The position numbers and the translations under genes were made by a program. 24,059 nucleotides of DNA, taken from a virus. Its lineage: Duplodnaviria; Heunggongvirae; Uroviricota; Caudoviricetes. Below the pieces are notes generated by a model. It did no database searches. It was not told where the DNA came from and was given only the letters and a program-made list of their open reading frames with translations. Position 1 is the stretch's first letter, and each line of letters starts with the position of its first letter. Below, one piece after another: positions 1-9,243 of this stretch. The stretch lies in the IMG/VR virus record IMGVR_UViG_3300042691_010651. One strand, written 5' to 3'.

Positions 1-658
1 TTAAATTGAAATACTTATTTGCTAATTCATTAGCTCTTAATGATGCAATAACTTTTTCAATTACTTCTTGAGTAGATTTAGTAAGAGGTATTTTACCTTG
101 TAATTGATCTAATTCGTTAATATATAAAATACAATCAGATATAAATTTATTTATAAGAGTTTCTTCTTTATAGCTCTTATAAACTTCTGTTCTAATTCTG
201 GATAATCTAAATAATCTAATTGTATCTTCTACAGGTTTATCAACAAGTGATGCTAGTTTTTCAAATGCTGCAAGAGTTAATTTATTTTCAGATTCTCTAC
301 CTTTTTCTGTCTTTAGATCACTAACAATAGTTATTCCAACATTATTCAAATCTTCAATAGATGATAAGTTGTTTTTAAGTTTATAAAACTCATCAGCCAT
401 ACTTGCTATCATTCCATCTGGTCTAGGAACATTAGCTACTGCAAACTCTTGAGGTTTTTCAGCATATAAATGAACAAGTTTACCATTCTCTAAAGATTTG
501 TTTTCTTCAATTTCAACTTGTTTATCAAAGAATGATAGAAACTTTTGTATAGAACCTCCTTGTTCTGGTTGTAGATAAGATAAAGATGAGTTACTTACAA
601 CTATATCTTCTCTTGATCCTACGCTATAATAGTCTTTTTTAATTAATTCTTTCTCCAT
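1..658 (-). CDS. RecE/exonuclease VIII-like PD-(D/E)XK nuclease, N-terminal part (runs off the window)
   Basis: Not in the ORF track. Hand translation from ATG 658 is open to position 1: MEKELIKKDYYSVGSREDIVVSNSSLSYL...LENGKLVHLYAE. The YY...SNSSL and G..VH pattern resembles DUF3799/RecE-like N-termini. The catalytic half is outside the window. Confidence 0.5.
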   Translation of the reverse strand, partial: MEKELIKKDYYSVGSREDIVVSNSSLSYLQPEQGGSIQKFLSFFDKQVEIEENKSLENGKLVHLYAEKPQEFAVANVPRPDGMIASMADEFYKLKNNLSSIEDLNNVGITIVSDLKTEKGRESENKLTLAAFEKLASLVDKPVEDTIRLFRLSRIRTEVYKSYKEETLINKFISDCILYINELDQLQGKIPLTKSTQEVIEKVIASLRANELANKYFNL

Positions 659-1334
659 GATGTTTTTTATATAAATAATTATTTACAATACAAGGTCTAT
701 TATCTTTGTATATTTTAACTACTAACTTTCTATCTTCTATATCTGGTACAGGTACAAATATTGCATGAGGAGGTTCTGTAATATAATATCTATTATCTTC
801 TGGAATTTTATGTTGTTTTTTTAGTTCATCAGCAAAAGATTTACCATAAGGAAAAAATCTATTATCTAAATCCCAATCTTGTCCATTAGAAAAATGATCA
901 TCAATTATAGTATCAAAGAGATATACATCTATTCTAATAGGAAATCTTGTAATAGGTGATAAAGATTGAATTTCTTTACGAAAACTATCTTTAATTTGAC
1001 CTATCATGTTATTTCTATCTTGTCTTTGTATATTTCCATTATAGATACCTTGACCATTAATGTTTATTCTTTTTTCAGTTCCAACTAGATGAGGATTGGA
1101 TATGATCTTATTTCCAGAAGCCTTATCCACTAGAAAATCTACATTAACTTTTTTACCATCCTCTATTACAGAAAATGCTCTCCATGCATATAAGTCTTGT
1201 TGTTTAGAAAATTTAGTAGGTATAACATCTCCTTTTCGATAATATTTAGCACGTATACTCTTACTCTTTACATATTCTCGAATATATAAAGGAATTGTTA
1301 GTTCAACTATTAATTCTTTAGTCTCATTGTTCAT
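639..1334 (-). CDS. RusA-like Holliday junction resolvase
   Basis: DWDLDN...GKSFADEL...IPEDNRYY matches the RusA D-x-D-N, K..D and DD-like acidic motifs; lies in a recombination context. Confidence 0.7.
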   Translation of the reverse strand: MNNETKELIVELTIPLYIREYVKSKSIRAKYYRKGDVIPTKFSKQQDLYAWRAFSVIEDGKKVNVDFLVDKASGNKIISNPHLVGTEKRININGQGIYNGNIQRQDRNNMIGQIKDSFRKEIQSLSPITRFPIRIDVYLFDTIIDDHFSNGQDWDLDNRFFPYGKSFADELKKQHKIPEDNRYYITEPPHAIFVPVPDIEDRKLVVKIYKDNRPCIVNNYLYKKHHGERIN

Positions 1335-1528
1335 TAGACATAAATTATTTCAATGTTTTCACCATAAGTTTTTTTAAATCTATTAATAACTTTGTCTTTA
1401 TCTTCATCATTAGGATGTTGTAACCAAGTTAAAGAATTAACAAAACTATCTTTTGTTCTTTTCTCTTTTAACTTAATTGTATCTTTACTTATTTCAATAT
1501 AAGTTCTATCTATTAGATCTTGTGTCAT
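1334..1528 (-). CDS. hypothetical protein (64 aa)
   Basis: ORF track; TAATG-type coupling to the RusA-like gene. Confidence 0.6.
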   Translation of the reverse strand: MTQDLIDRTYIEISKDTIKLKEKRTKDSFVNSLTWLQHPNDEDKDKVINRFKKTYGENIEIIYV

Positions 1529-1904
1529 TTATATTTGGTTTATTATCATACTCTGACATATCTAAAAATATCATTCTAGAATTTTCTAAAAAATCGTAAT
1601 TTGGAGGTATTAAATATTGATCATCTGTTTTTAACTTACCATCAAATATTTCATTATGTTGCATTGATAGTGTTAATAAACCTCTAATACTTTTTAATGG
1701 AACTTTTTGAGGATTTTCTATAGTTCCAGAACATTTATATAATAAAATACTTCCTCTTCTAGCAACTAATAATTGTCCTGCATTACCTTGATTAAGTGCA
1801 TAGTATACAAATTTTCTAAGATCAGAAAATTTATAATGAAAGTAAGTAGTTCCATTTAACTTAGCAGTAGAATCCCACTTAATACTATATCTTACTGGTG
1901 TCAT
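1506..1904 (-). CDS. hypothetical protein (132 aa)
   Basis: ORF track; tiles between neighbours with short overlaps. Confidence 0.65.
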   Translation of the reverse strand: MTPVRYSIKWDSTAKLNGTTYFHYKFSDLRKFVYYALNQGNAGQLLVARRGSILLYKCSGTIENPQKVPLKSIRGLLTLSMQHNEIFDGKLKTDDQYLIPPNYDFLENSRMIFLDMSEYDNKPNINDTRSNR

Positions 1905-2091
1905 AAGGCTTTACTAAATATTCATATGGAGCATGATAAAATCCAATAGTTATTATCTGTAATAATAATTTGTACCACTTTCTTTTTGGATCAGTTAATA
2001 CTATAAGTTCTTGACTACCTGTATATAATATCCAATCTTTTTTCATCCAATTTTCTTTAAGTGTAATTTTAAAAGATGTTCCTCCCATCAT
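1885..2091 (-). CDS. hypothetical protein (68 aa) with a hydrophobic C-terminal segment
   Basis: ORF track; WYKLLLQIITIGFY is hydrophobic; fills the gap in the operon. Confidence 0.55.
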   Translation of the reverse strand: MMGGTSFKITLKENWMKKDWILYTGSQELIVLTDPKRKWYKLLLQIITIGFYHAPYEYLVKPYDTSKI

Positions 2092-3109
2092 ATTCTTTTT
2101 TACTTATAAATCTTTCAATTAATCTCTTTGTTTCATCTACTCCTTTAATTTTTAAGTGATCTGCAAAATCTTTAATTGGTTCTTTACCAAATAACCTACT
2201 TCTAAATTCCATACCAAACATATATGGTTGTAATTTATATGCTTCTTTATATCTTTGCATCAATCTTATTCCTGCACGATCAAAATCAAATAAAGTACCT
2301 TGATTGTCAAATCTATTATATAAGTCAGTAAATACATCTTTATTTACAACTACTGTTTCACTCATTGGTGCAACTGAATATAAATCAAATTCTTGTGAGA
2401 AATTATCTATACACATAACGTCCTTAAAACTCTTAGTGTAAAGAAGATTATCTCCTGTCTGTGGCAATTGAGAATAACCTTGTATAATAGTACTATTAGC
2501 ATGTAGAAATTTACCTATTGTTCTTAATGGAAAATATAATTTATATTCATAACCTCCAAAATGATAAGCATAACAAGGATCAGATTCCTTATAGAAATAA
2601 GATGGAACTAATATATTATCTTCTCTAGCTATCCAAGATTGTTGTACTGGAGATACAGAGAAAAATTCTAGTCTTTCTGGAGAAATATGATAATCTCTCC
2701 AGAAAGCGTAATCTTTTTTAGTCCAACTTCTTCTTTTAATTCTTAATTGAGCAGCTTTTCTTTTAACTTTTTGTTTAGAACTTATGTATAAAGTAGATTG
2801 ATTACCTTCTATTATACCAAAGTCAATAGCTATTCTAATTAATGCTTCTTTAAATCCTAAGTTATAGTTATACTCAACAACATTAAAACAATCCCAATTA
2901 TATTTAGCAGCTACATCATGAAATTTCCAATAACCTCTAGCATCTATATAAAAGCTACAACCAGGATTTGAATCAGTAGTCCGTAATGGATTTACAAATT
3001 GACCTCTATCTGTTGGTTCAAACCCTAGATATTTTAGAAAGATTTGTTCTTGAGAAACTTTTGAAAGTATATATTCTTTTGTAATAATTGTTGTAACATT
3101 ATTAAACAT
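2069..3109 (-). CDS. dnaG: DNA primase (DnaG/TOPRIM type, crAss-like)
   Basis: The N-terminal NPLR..D.NP.CSF...D.F..V...Y...F.EA..I region resembles a degenerate CHC2 domain. TOPRIM motifs YTKSFKDVM and LFDFDRAG; C-terminal KDFADH. Confidence 0.85.
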   Translation of the reverse strand: MFNNVTTIITKEYILSKVSQEQIFLKYLGFEPTDRGQFVNPLRTTDSNPGCSFYIDARGYWKFHDVAAKYNWDCFNVVEYNYNLGFKEALIRIAIDFGIIEGNQSTLYISSKQKVKRKAAQLRIKRRSWTKKDYAFWRDYHISPERLEFFSVSPVQQSWIAREDNILVPSYFYKESDPCYAYHFGGYEYKLYFPLRTIGKFLHANSTIIQGYSQLPQTGDNLLYTKSFKDVMCIDNFSQEFDLYSVAPMSETVVVNKDVFTDLYNRFDNQGTLFDFDRAGIRLMQRYKEAYKLQPYMFGMEFRSRLFGKEPIKDFADHLKIKGVDETKRLIERFISKKEYDGRNIF

Positions 3110-3112
3110 TTA

Positions 3113-3310
3113 TTAAGTATATCTTTTATATTTTTCTTTTCCTGTTAATTTTAATTGCTGTCTAAAAGTAGGATGAATTTTAATAGCTTTTCGATAAAAT
3201 GCTATAATCAGATTATCTATTCTTGTAAAATCACCTCTTTTATAAATATAGATATTATCAAATACATATCTATGTAACTTTTCTAGTATAATAGCTATGA
3301 TTAGCTTCAT
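3113..3310 (-). CDS. hypothetical protein (65 aa)
   Basis: ORF track; ends 3 nt before the primase start. Confidence 0.55.
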   Translation of the reverse strand: MKLIIAIILEKLHRYVFDNIYIYKRGDFTRIDNLIIAFYRKAIKIHPTFRQQLKLTGKEKYKRYT

Positions 3311-3337
3311 AAATAAAAGAGGAGGTTTCCCTCCTCT
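3311..3337 (-). terminator. intrinsic terminator after the SSB-like gene
   Basis: Minus strand AGAGGAGG-GAAA-CCTCCTCT (8 bp, GNRA loop) followed by TTTATTT. Confidence 0.8.
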
Positions 3338-3343
3338 ATTTAA

Positions 3344-4027
3344 TTAAAATCCACTAGCATGTTCTGCTGGTGCAGAACTAAAGTCTCCTGTTGGAGCTTG
3401 TGCTCCAAATCCGTTAGTTCCAGTTCCTGCTGTAAATCCACCTCCAGCAGGTGCTTCTGCATCTGGTTGAATAGCAGATAATACATACTTATCATATTGA
3501 GGATTAGTACTGAATTGCTTAGGATGATTTGCTGTACTGATAAATGGTGCAACTTTAGGAAGTGCAGAATATTTACCATTATATACAACTTTCAATGCAC
3601 ATTCAATACCTTTAGCTTTTTGAGGTACACCTGTAGCATCTACTTGAAGTGCTGCACCTGTCATTGCAATATAATCATCCCACATCTTGTCAATATTTGC
3701 AAGACCTGAATCTGCAATTTTAATCTTCTCAAATGTAGCTTCATCAAGAAAAGCTCTAGTAATATGAGCAACTCTTGAATGTGCTAACGTAATGTTTTTC
3801 TTAAAATTATCATCATCTAATGTCTTTCCTGCAATTACTCTATTAGGAGCAAACTCTCTATGAGCTAATTCTGCTCCTGTAGATTTTTGCTTAAAAGAGA
3901 ATGTTACAGAACGATAAGATTTAGAATTTGGATCTTTATCTCTGCTTAGTTTCACTAATTCACAACCTTCTACTCTTTCAGCAGGTTTAATTACAGAAAT
4001 ATCAGATACTTTACTATTATCAAACAT
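3344..4027 (-). CDS. putative single-stranded DNA-binding protein
   Basis: 227 aa with a beta-rich N-terminal region and a flexible G/A/P-rich acidic tail ending in an aromatic residue (EHASGF); sits between primase and the AAA ATPase; has its own terminator. Function is inferred. Confidence 0.5.
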   Translation of the reverse strand: MFDNSKVSDISVIKPAERVEGCELVKLSRDKDPNSKSYRSVTFSFKQKSTGAELAHREFAPNRVIAGKTLDDDNFKKNITLAHSRVAHITRAFLDEATFEKIKIADSGLANIDKMWDDYIAMTGAALQVDATGVPQKAKGIECALKVVYNGKYSALPKVAPFISTANHPKQFSTNPQYDKYVLSAIQPDAEAPAGGGFTAGTGTNGFGAQAPTGDFSSAPAEHASGF

Positions 4028-4046
4028 ATATTATTATTTTAAAGTT

Positions 4047-4090
4047 AAAAAAGATAGGGTAGAATAGTATTCTTACCTACTATCTACCCT
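4047..4090 (-). terminator. intrinsic terminator after the 195-aa gene
   Basis: Minus strand AGGGTAG/CTACCCT plus a 6-bp inner stem with one bulge, then ATCTTTTTT. Confidence 0.7.
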
Positions 4091-4118
4091 TGTAAAGTCC
4101 ACAAACTTTACTTAAATA

Positions 4119-4706
4119 TTAGCTCCAATCATCAGCAGCAACTACAGGAGCAGCAACTTTAGGTTGTTCAGCTACAGGAGCAGCTTCAATTTTTTCAACT
4201 GGAGTAACTGCTTTAGGTTTTGCAGCACCAACTGAAAGTTTAAATGCTTCAATTACAGGAACACCTTTGATTGTTACATTAGTTCCTACTGATTCAAGAT
4301 CAAGAAATTGATTCTCTCCTACTTTTTTAGTATCAATAAGACCTAGAGCTTCAATTGCAAGCTCAAATTTAGGAGATTTGAAGTTCTTAACTTTCTTACC
4401 ATCTTTGCTTTTCTTAGATAGTTTAAGAATAGATGCATTTTCATCAGATACAAGTGCAAGAATAGTAGTTCCATCTGGTGCTGTAAATTGACGTAAGCCA
4501 TTTACATCAAGATTCATAGTGTTCCAACGAGAATTGGAGATATAGAAACGTCCTTCAATCGTTTCACTTACTGTTCCATCTTCCATCTTTTGCTTCTTAA
4601 CTGCCCTACGGTATTTAAGATTGTCAAATGATTGCTCTCTTAGAAGAGTGTACCCACCTTTTCTTTCGTGAGAATTGTCTACTGATTCAAATTGTGAAAA
4701 ATCCAT
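4119..4706 (-). CDS. hypothetical protein (195 aa) with an acidic-aromatic tail
   Basis: ORF track; A/P/V-rich linker ending ADDWS; flanked by a promoter-like site and a terminator. Confidence 0.8.
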   Translation of the reverse strand: MDFSQFESVDNSHERKGGYTLLREQSFDNLKYRRAVKKQKMEDGTVSETIEGRFYISNSRWNTMNLDVNGLRQFTAPDGTTILALVSDENASILKLSKKSKDGKKVKNFKSPKFELAIEALGLIDTKKVGENQFLDLESVGTNVTIKGVPVIEAFKLSVGAAKPKAVTPVEKIEAAPVAEQPKVAAPVVAADDWS

Positions 4707-4751
4707 AATTGTTTAGTTTAGATTGTTTAAAATTTTTAGTTGATTATTCCA

Positions 4752-4783
4752 TAAAGATAAGCCTTGTTCAGAACTTTTCCAAA
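4752..4783 (-). promoter_or_regulatory. Bacteroidota-type promoter (-33/-7)
   Basis: Minus strand TTTG-N20-TATCTTTA; one mismatch to the TTTG-N19-21-TAnnTTTG consensus. Confidence 0.55.
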
Positions 4784-4784
4784 A

Positions 4785-5435
4785 TTACTTACTAAATTCT
4801 GTAATTTTTTCTAAAACTAAATTGCAATCATTATCAATTACACTTACGTTTTGTCCAAAAATATCAGGAGGAGTCTTAGCTGAATTTATGCCATCGGCTT
4901 GTAAAGTGAAAAAATGTTTGGCTTTTGTCTCACCAAATTCAACTTTAGATTCTGCATAGATAACAATAGTATAGTCTTTTTCTATAAAACCTGACCACTC
5001 ATTACCTTTTACTTTAGCACGTTTCTTCTTCATTCCTCCAACTTCATCAGTTAGAACTTCATAATGAGCAACTACAAATACAGGTTTTTGTACTTTCTTA
5101 ATATAATCATTAAGTTTTCCTATTTGCTCATTATAATAACTCCAAATTTCAAAACCAGTTTTAGTAGCTCTAGCTTGTAATAGAAGTAAATCTATATAAG
5201 CTGAGAAACTATCTAATATGATACAATCTATGTTTGGATTACTACTTCCTTTTTGTAAAAATGTAAGTACATCTTGAGGTGTACTAGGAATAGCTGTATT
5301 TTCAAAAGAACCTTTAAATGGAAGTGGTTTATTTTCTACATTTATAAATAATGTAGTCTTTCTATTCATGTTTCTAAATGAATAAGTTTTACCTCCACCA
5401 GATTCTCCTATTAATAATATTTTATAATGATACAT
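4785..5435 (-). CDS. AAA-family ATPase (AAA_24/Sak4-like recombination protein)
   Basis: N-terminal Walker A LLIGESGGGKT, Walker B IILDSFS, C-terminal AKTP; adjacent to the SSB-like gene. Confidence 0.8.
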   Translation of the reverse strand: MYHYKILLIGESGGGKTYSFRNMNRKTTLFINVENKPLPFKGSFENTAIPSTPQDVLTFLQKGSSNPNIDCIILDSFSAYIDLLLLQARATKTGFEIWSYYNEQIGKLNDYIKKVQKPVFVVAHYEVLTDEVGGMKKKRAKVKGNEWSGFIEKDYTIVIYAESKVEFGETKAKHFFTLQADGINSAKTPPDIFGQNVSVIDNDCNLVLEKITEFSK

Positions 5436-5437
5436 AT

Positions 5438-6478
5438 TTACCAGTTATTTTCAAGTGTATTTGATTCATTAATTTGCTTATTTACTGCTTCATTCATAGG
5501 TGTTAGACCAGTTGGTTTGTTTTGATTAAAATCATAATCATATATTCTATTATGAGCAAGATTATGTTTCATAGCAATATTACCTGTCCAACCATCTCTA
5601 TTCTTTATAATACATTCAAGTAACAAATCATCAGGTTTAGATGGGTTATTTTTATCTATACCAGTTGGAATTTTTTCAAATGTTTCTAATCCATACATTC
5701 CAGGTCTATGAAGTGCCATAACTATGTCACTACATTGACCTATAGAATCTGAACCAAATAAGTCAGATAAAACCGGAGTAGATGTACCTAGTTGATTTCT
5801 AGAAACTCCAGTTTCAATTGATCTGTTCATTTGTGATAAGAATATATTGATCATATCAAATCTATTCTTTATTCTAATTCCTGCCAACATAAGACCACTT
5901 ATTAATTCTTCTTCTTTAGATTCATTTTCTTTTAAAACTAATCTAACATGGTCAAATATATTAACTATAGTATATCCAGGATATTGACCTTGAATTTGTT
6001 CTTTTTTAGCTTCCCAATTTTTAACAGTTGTTGGTCTTGTATTAATAAAAATAGGTAATCCTTTAAATGTATCAGCAATAGCTTTTAATTGATTAACTCG
6101 TTCTTCTGAAAGTTTTCTTTTATAATCTAGTATATTCTTAACTTCAATTTCTCCTTGTCTACTTATAAATCTAAGCATATTAGAAGTTTCAGTCATTTCC
6201 CAACTATCATATAAGATAATTATCTTATTTACATAATGAGAATTTAAACTAGGATTACAAAAGTCATACATATCAGAGATTATTTTTGCAGTTTTACCTA
6301 CACCTAATCTTGCAGCTATTGTAATTTGGTTAGATGGAAAATACCCCATCAGATGTTCTTGTTCTTTCTTAGAAGAAGTAATTAAAGGTTTTAACTCTCC
6401 ACTTCTGTATTGATCTATTTTTCTCTTAGTATCTTCAACTACAGTAGATATATGTTTATAATCTTCGATTTTTATCAT
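5438..6478 (-). CDS. dnaB: replicative DnaB-like helicase (C-terminal ATPase domain only)
   Basis: AARLGVGKT, IFDHVRL, LSQMNRSIE, LSDLFGSDSIGQCSDIVMALHRP, IIKNRDG. Confidence 0.92.
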   Translation of the reverse strand: MIKIEDYKHISTVVEDTKRKIDQYRSGELKPLITSSKKEQEHLMGYFPSNQITIAARLGVGKTAKIISDMYDFCNPSLNSHYVNKIIILYDSWEMTETSNMLRFISRQGEIEVKNILDYKRKLSEERVNQLKAIADTFKGLPIFINTRPTTVKNWEAKKEQIQGQYPGYTIVNIFDHVRLVLKENESKEEELISGLMLAGIRIKNRFDMINIFLSQMNRSIETGVSRNQLGTSTPVLSDLFGSDSIGQCSDIVMALHRPGMYGLETFEKIPTGIDKNNPSKPDDLLLECIIKNRDGWTGNIAMKHNLAHNRIYDYDFNQNKPTGLTPMNEAVNKQINESNTLENNW

Positions 6479-7065
6479 ACTAATTTAGATACTTTAACAT
6501 CTTCTACATTTTCCCATTGTCTAGAACCAATATACTTTTCAATACCCATAAAAGCATATCTATTAACAGACTTATGTATTTCTAATTTACTAAGTACTTC
6601 TTTATGTCTCCTTTTACTGTTCTTGATTAGACGAATATACTTTTCTTTTAATTCTTCATAATCTCCAGTTTTAGATGGATATTCTATACCATTAATATAC
6701 ATCATCTTAGGATATGCTTGCCACAACTCTTCAAACATATCTCCTTCTTCATCTAAAAATCCTTCTTTAAACTTGTCATTAACAATGTAGTTATCTAAAG
6801 AATATTCATCTCTCTTGTCTACAAAAACATGAGTTATAAATCCTCTATCAATAAGATCGTCAAGTTCAGTTTTAAATAACTTTTTACCTACTGAATTAAC
6901 ACCTTTATGGATTAAATAGTTTCCTATTACACCTATTTCTTCATTAATTCTGATAATAGTAGCAGTATCTTTCTTATATATAAGAAGACAAATAGCGAAC
7001 TGATTAAATGTTATCTTGTGCTTGCATAAAAAGTCTATTGTTTCTTTGTCTATTTCGTATAACAT
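6475..7065 (-). CDS. putative replication initiator/replisome organiser
   Basis: Winged-helix-like N-terminus and FEELWQAYPK motif; ATGA overlap with dnaB. Confidence 0.5.
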   Translation of the reverse strand: MLYEIDKETIDFLCKHKITFNQFAICLLIYKKDTATIIRINEEIGVIGNYLIHKGVNSVGKKLFKTELDDLIDRGFITHVFVDKRDEYSLDNYIVNDKFKEGFLDEEGDMFEELWQAYPKMMYINGIEYPSKTGDYEELKEKYIRLIKNSKRRHKEVLSKLEIHKSVNRYAFMGIEKYIGSRQWENVEDVKVSKLV

Positions 7066-7239
7066 TTATATTCCATTTATGTGATCATCGGGATATACCA
7101 ATAATTCTTCTTGAACTTGTTGACCTAGCAACAACTCCAAACTATTTTGTATCTCTATTTTTTCATAATCATGATTAAAGGTTTCTTTTAATTGTTGTTT
7201 ATAAAAATCTATATCACTAAAATCTGGAATTAAATCCAT
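7066..7239 (-). CDS. hypothetical protein (57 aa)
   Basis: The track starts this ORF at 7311, but ATG 7239 lies 1 nt after the helicase stop and is the likelier start (MDLIPDFS...). Confidence 0.55.
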   Translation of the reverse strand: MDLIPDFSDIDFYKQQLKETFNHDYEKIEIQNSLELLLGQQVQEELLVYPDDHINGI

Positions 7240-7240
7240 A

Positions 7241-8794
7241 CTAACTATCAATCCTGCTAACTCCAGATTCAATGTTTGATTGTTCAATAATAATCTCTTC
7301 GTCTGGCTCATAATTTGTTTTGAGTTGTATTGTTTGATTTATATTTATATCATTTATTGATGATACATTTATAACTGTCTTACCTTCTTGACTAGATCGT
7401 AACCACTTCTCTTCTTGAGTACCTTCCATATATAAACATATATTTAAAGCTCTCTTATTTGGATTCTCATAATCTAATCTTCCACTTCTTCCATTTCTTT
7501 GAGTACCTTGTCTAGCTTTAGAACTATATGCACATTGTAAAGTCATAGATACATTTGGTATATCTACTCCTTCATCCATAGCTCTTACAGTTGATATTGC
7601 TCTTGTAGGATCATTAGGATCAATAAATCGTTTTAATGCTAAATTTTTACGTTTAGCAGTACCTAGTATAGTATATCCATCTGCTACTAATTTCTTTTTA
7701 TGAACAGCATCAGTAACTTCAATCTCTTGTCCATCTTTAATACCTATAGTTTTTAAATTAGTATGGTAAGATACACAAATTTCTGGAATTAAACTAGTTA
7801 ATTTGTCTGCAAATGCAGAAGTTTCTGAGAAAACAATGGTTTGTAACGGAAACTTTTTAATAATATCTACAGCATATTTCAACTTAGAAGGAAAATTCTG
7901 CCACATGTTCTTACGTTCATGTATAACAGCCATACATTGAGCAGCATTTCTAGCTATATTAGTTGGAGAATATGGATGCTTAGGATTTCCATCATAATTA
8001 TTTACTCTTGCTAATTCAGCTATCCATTCAGTAGAAGTTTTCTTACCAAGATAAGTACCATTTCTAAGTTTAACAGACATTTTAACACCTTTTCCAGCAT
8101 TACATGCTTTAACTAGATCAAATTCATGTTGAAATCTACCAAAATAATACTTAAACTTCTCATTTATCTTAGTATTAAATTCTTGATCTTCAACTGATAA
8201 AGGAATGGCTAAGTTATAAATAGAACTAGGAGCTACATAACCATTAACTTGAGCATCTCTTTCTGTAACTGTATAAACAATAGGTATATTAAGTGATGCT
8301 AGGAAGTCCTTCTCCTTTTTCGATAAGGTAGCAGAACAGCCCATGAAAAACTTAAATTTAGTTATAGACAATACAGTAGAAAAAAATTGAGAATCTGTAT
8401 TGCAAATTCTGTGCAATTCATCTACACATAATAAATCACATTCCCAATTTTTATGTTTTACAAATGTATTAATTACAAATACTCTAAGATTTTTTAGATT
8501 ATGTTTCTGAATATGACCTTCAATAAATATTTTATTACCATTATCATCTTCATGGTAATATCCTATCCAATCTTGTAATAATTTTGTTGTTGGAACTATA
8601 ACAATTGCATGTCTGTCATTATATCTACTATTCATGAATTTAATAGCAAGTATAATAACGTATGTTTTACCCCATCCAGTTACACATTCAAGAGCACCTA
8701 TAGCAGGTCTAAGTATTCCATTTATTTCCTTACCTTTTCTCCAAGCTTCAAATGCAGATTGTTGACTTGCAAGTCTTATAGGATCAAGTTTCAT
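7241..8794 (-). CDS. superfamily 2 (DExH) helicase
   Basis: VTGWGKT, CVDELH, SAT, DEGVDIP, QRNGRSGR motifs. Confidence 0.92.
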   Translation of the reverse strand: MKLDPIRLASQQSAFEAWRKGKEINGILRPAIGALECVTGWGKTYVIILAIKFMNSRYNDRHAIVIVPTTKLLQDWIGYYHEDDNGNKIFIEGHIQKHNLKNLRVFVINTFVKHKNWECDLLCVDELHRICNTDSQFFSTVLSITKFKFFMGCSATLSKKEKDFLASLNIPIVYTVTERDAQVNGYVAPSSIYNLAIPLSVEDQEFNTKINEKFKYYFGRFQHEFDLVKACNAGKGVKMSVKLRNGTYLGKKTSTEWIAELARVNNYDGNPKHPYSPTNIARNAAQCMAVIHERKNMWQNFPSKLKYAVDIIKKFPLQTIVFSETSAFADKLTSLIPEICVSYHTNLKTIGIKDGQEIEVTDAVHKKKLVADGYTILGTAKRKNLALKRFIDPNDPTRAISTVRAMDEGVDIPNVSMTLQCAYSSKARQGTQRNGRSGRLDYENPNKRALNICLYMEGTQEEKWLRSSQEGKTVINVSSINDININQTIQLKTNYEPDEEIIIEQSNIESGVSRIDS

Positions 8795-9243
8795 TTTTTA
8801 TAATTAACAATTGTAGTATTATATTTACCTAAATGCTTTTCTATAACTTTATAAATATCATCCCAATTACCTCCTCCTATACCAGCACCAATATAAGGTA
8901 AACCAATTCTATGAGTAGTAAGTTGATTGTTATGTACAAATTTTCTAAGACTTAAATCTAAAGCAGATAATTCAAAATTATTTCCAGGAGCATGTTGAGT
9001 ATATAAATTAATAATAGTTGTACAAGATTCTTTGTTAAAAGCAAAAGTATAACTTCCAAGTTTCATTATACTACCTAATACTGTCTTTTTATCAACTATA
9101 TAAGCTTCTGGAAATTTATTTTTAATTTGTAAAGCTATACCTGCACCCATAGTACAAAAACAATTACAACCATGCATTATATAATCAAAGTAACCCTCTG
9201 AAGTAAGCTTCAGAAGGTCACCATTAATTGTTTTTAAACTCAT
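8791..9243 (-). CDS. macrodomain protein (Poa1/TARG1/DarG-like ADP-ribose hydrolase class)
   Basis: NGDL...HGCNCFCTMGAGIALQIK...INLYTQ...IGLPYIGAGIGGGNW. Confidence 0.9.
   Translation of the reverse strand: MSLKTINGDLLKLTSEGYFDYIMHGCNCFCTMGAGIALQIKNKFPEAYIVDKKTVLGSIMKLGSYTFAFNKESCTTIINLYTQHAPGNNFELSALDLSLRKFVHNNQLTTHRIGLPYIGAGIGGGNWDDIYKVIEKHLGKYNTTIVNYKK

Noticed and set aside
3340-3709. ORFs 3340-3588 (-) and 3497-3709 (+)
   Set aside because: Alternate-frame or antisense shadows of the SSB-like gene.
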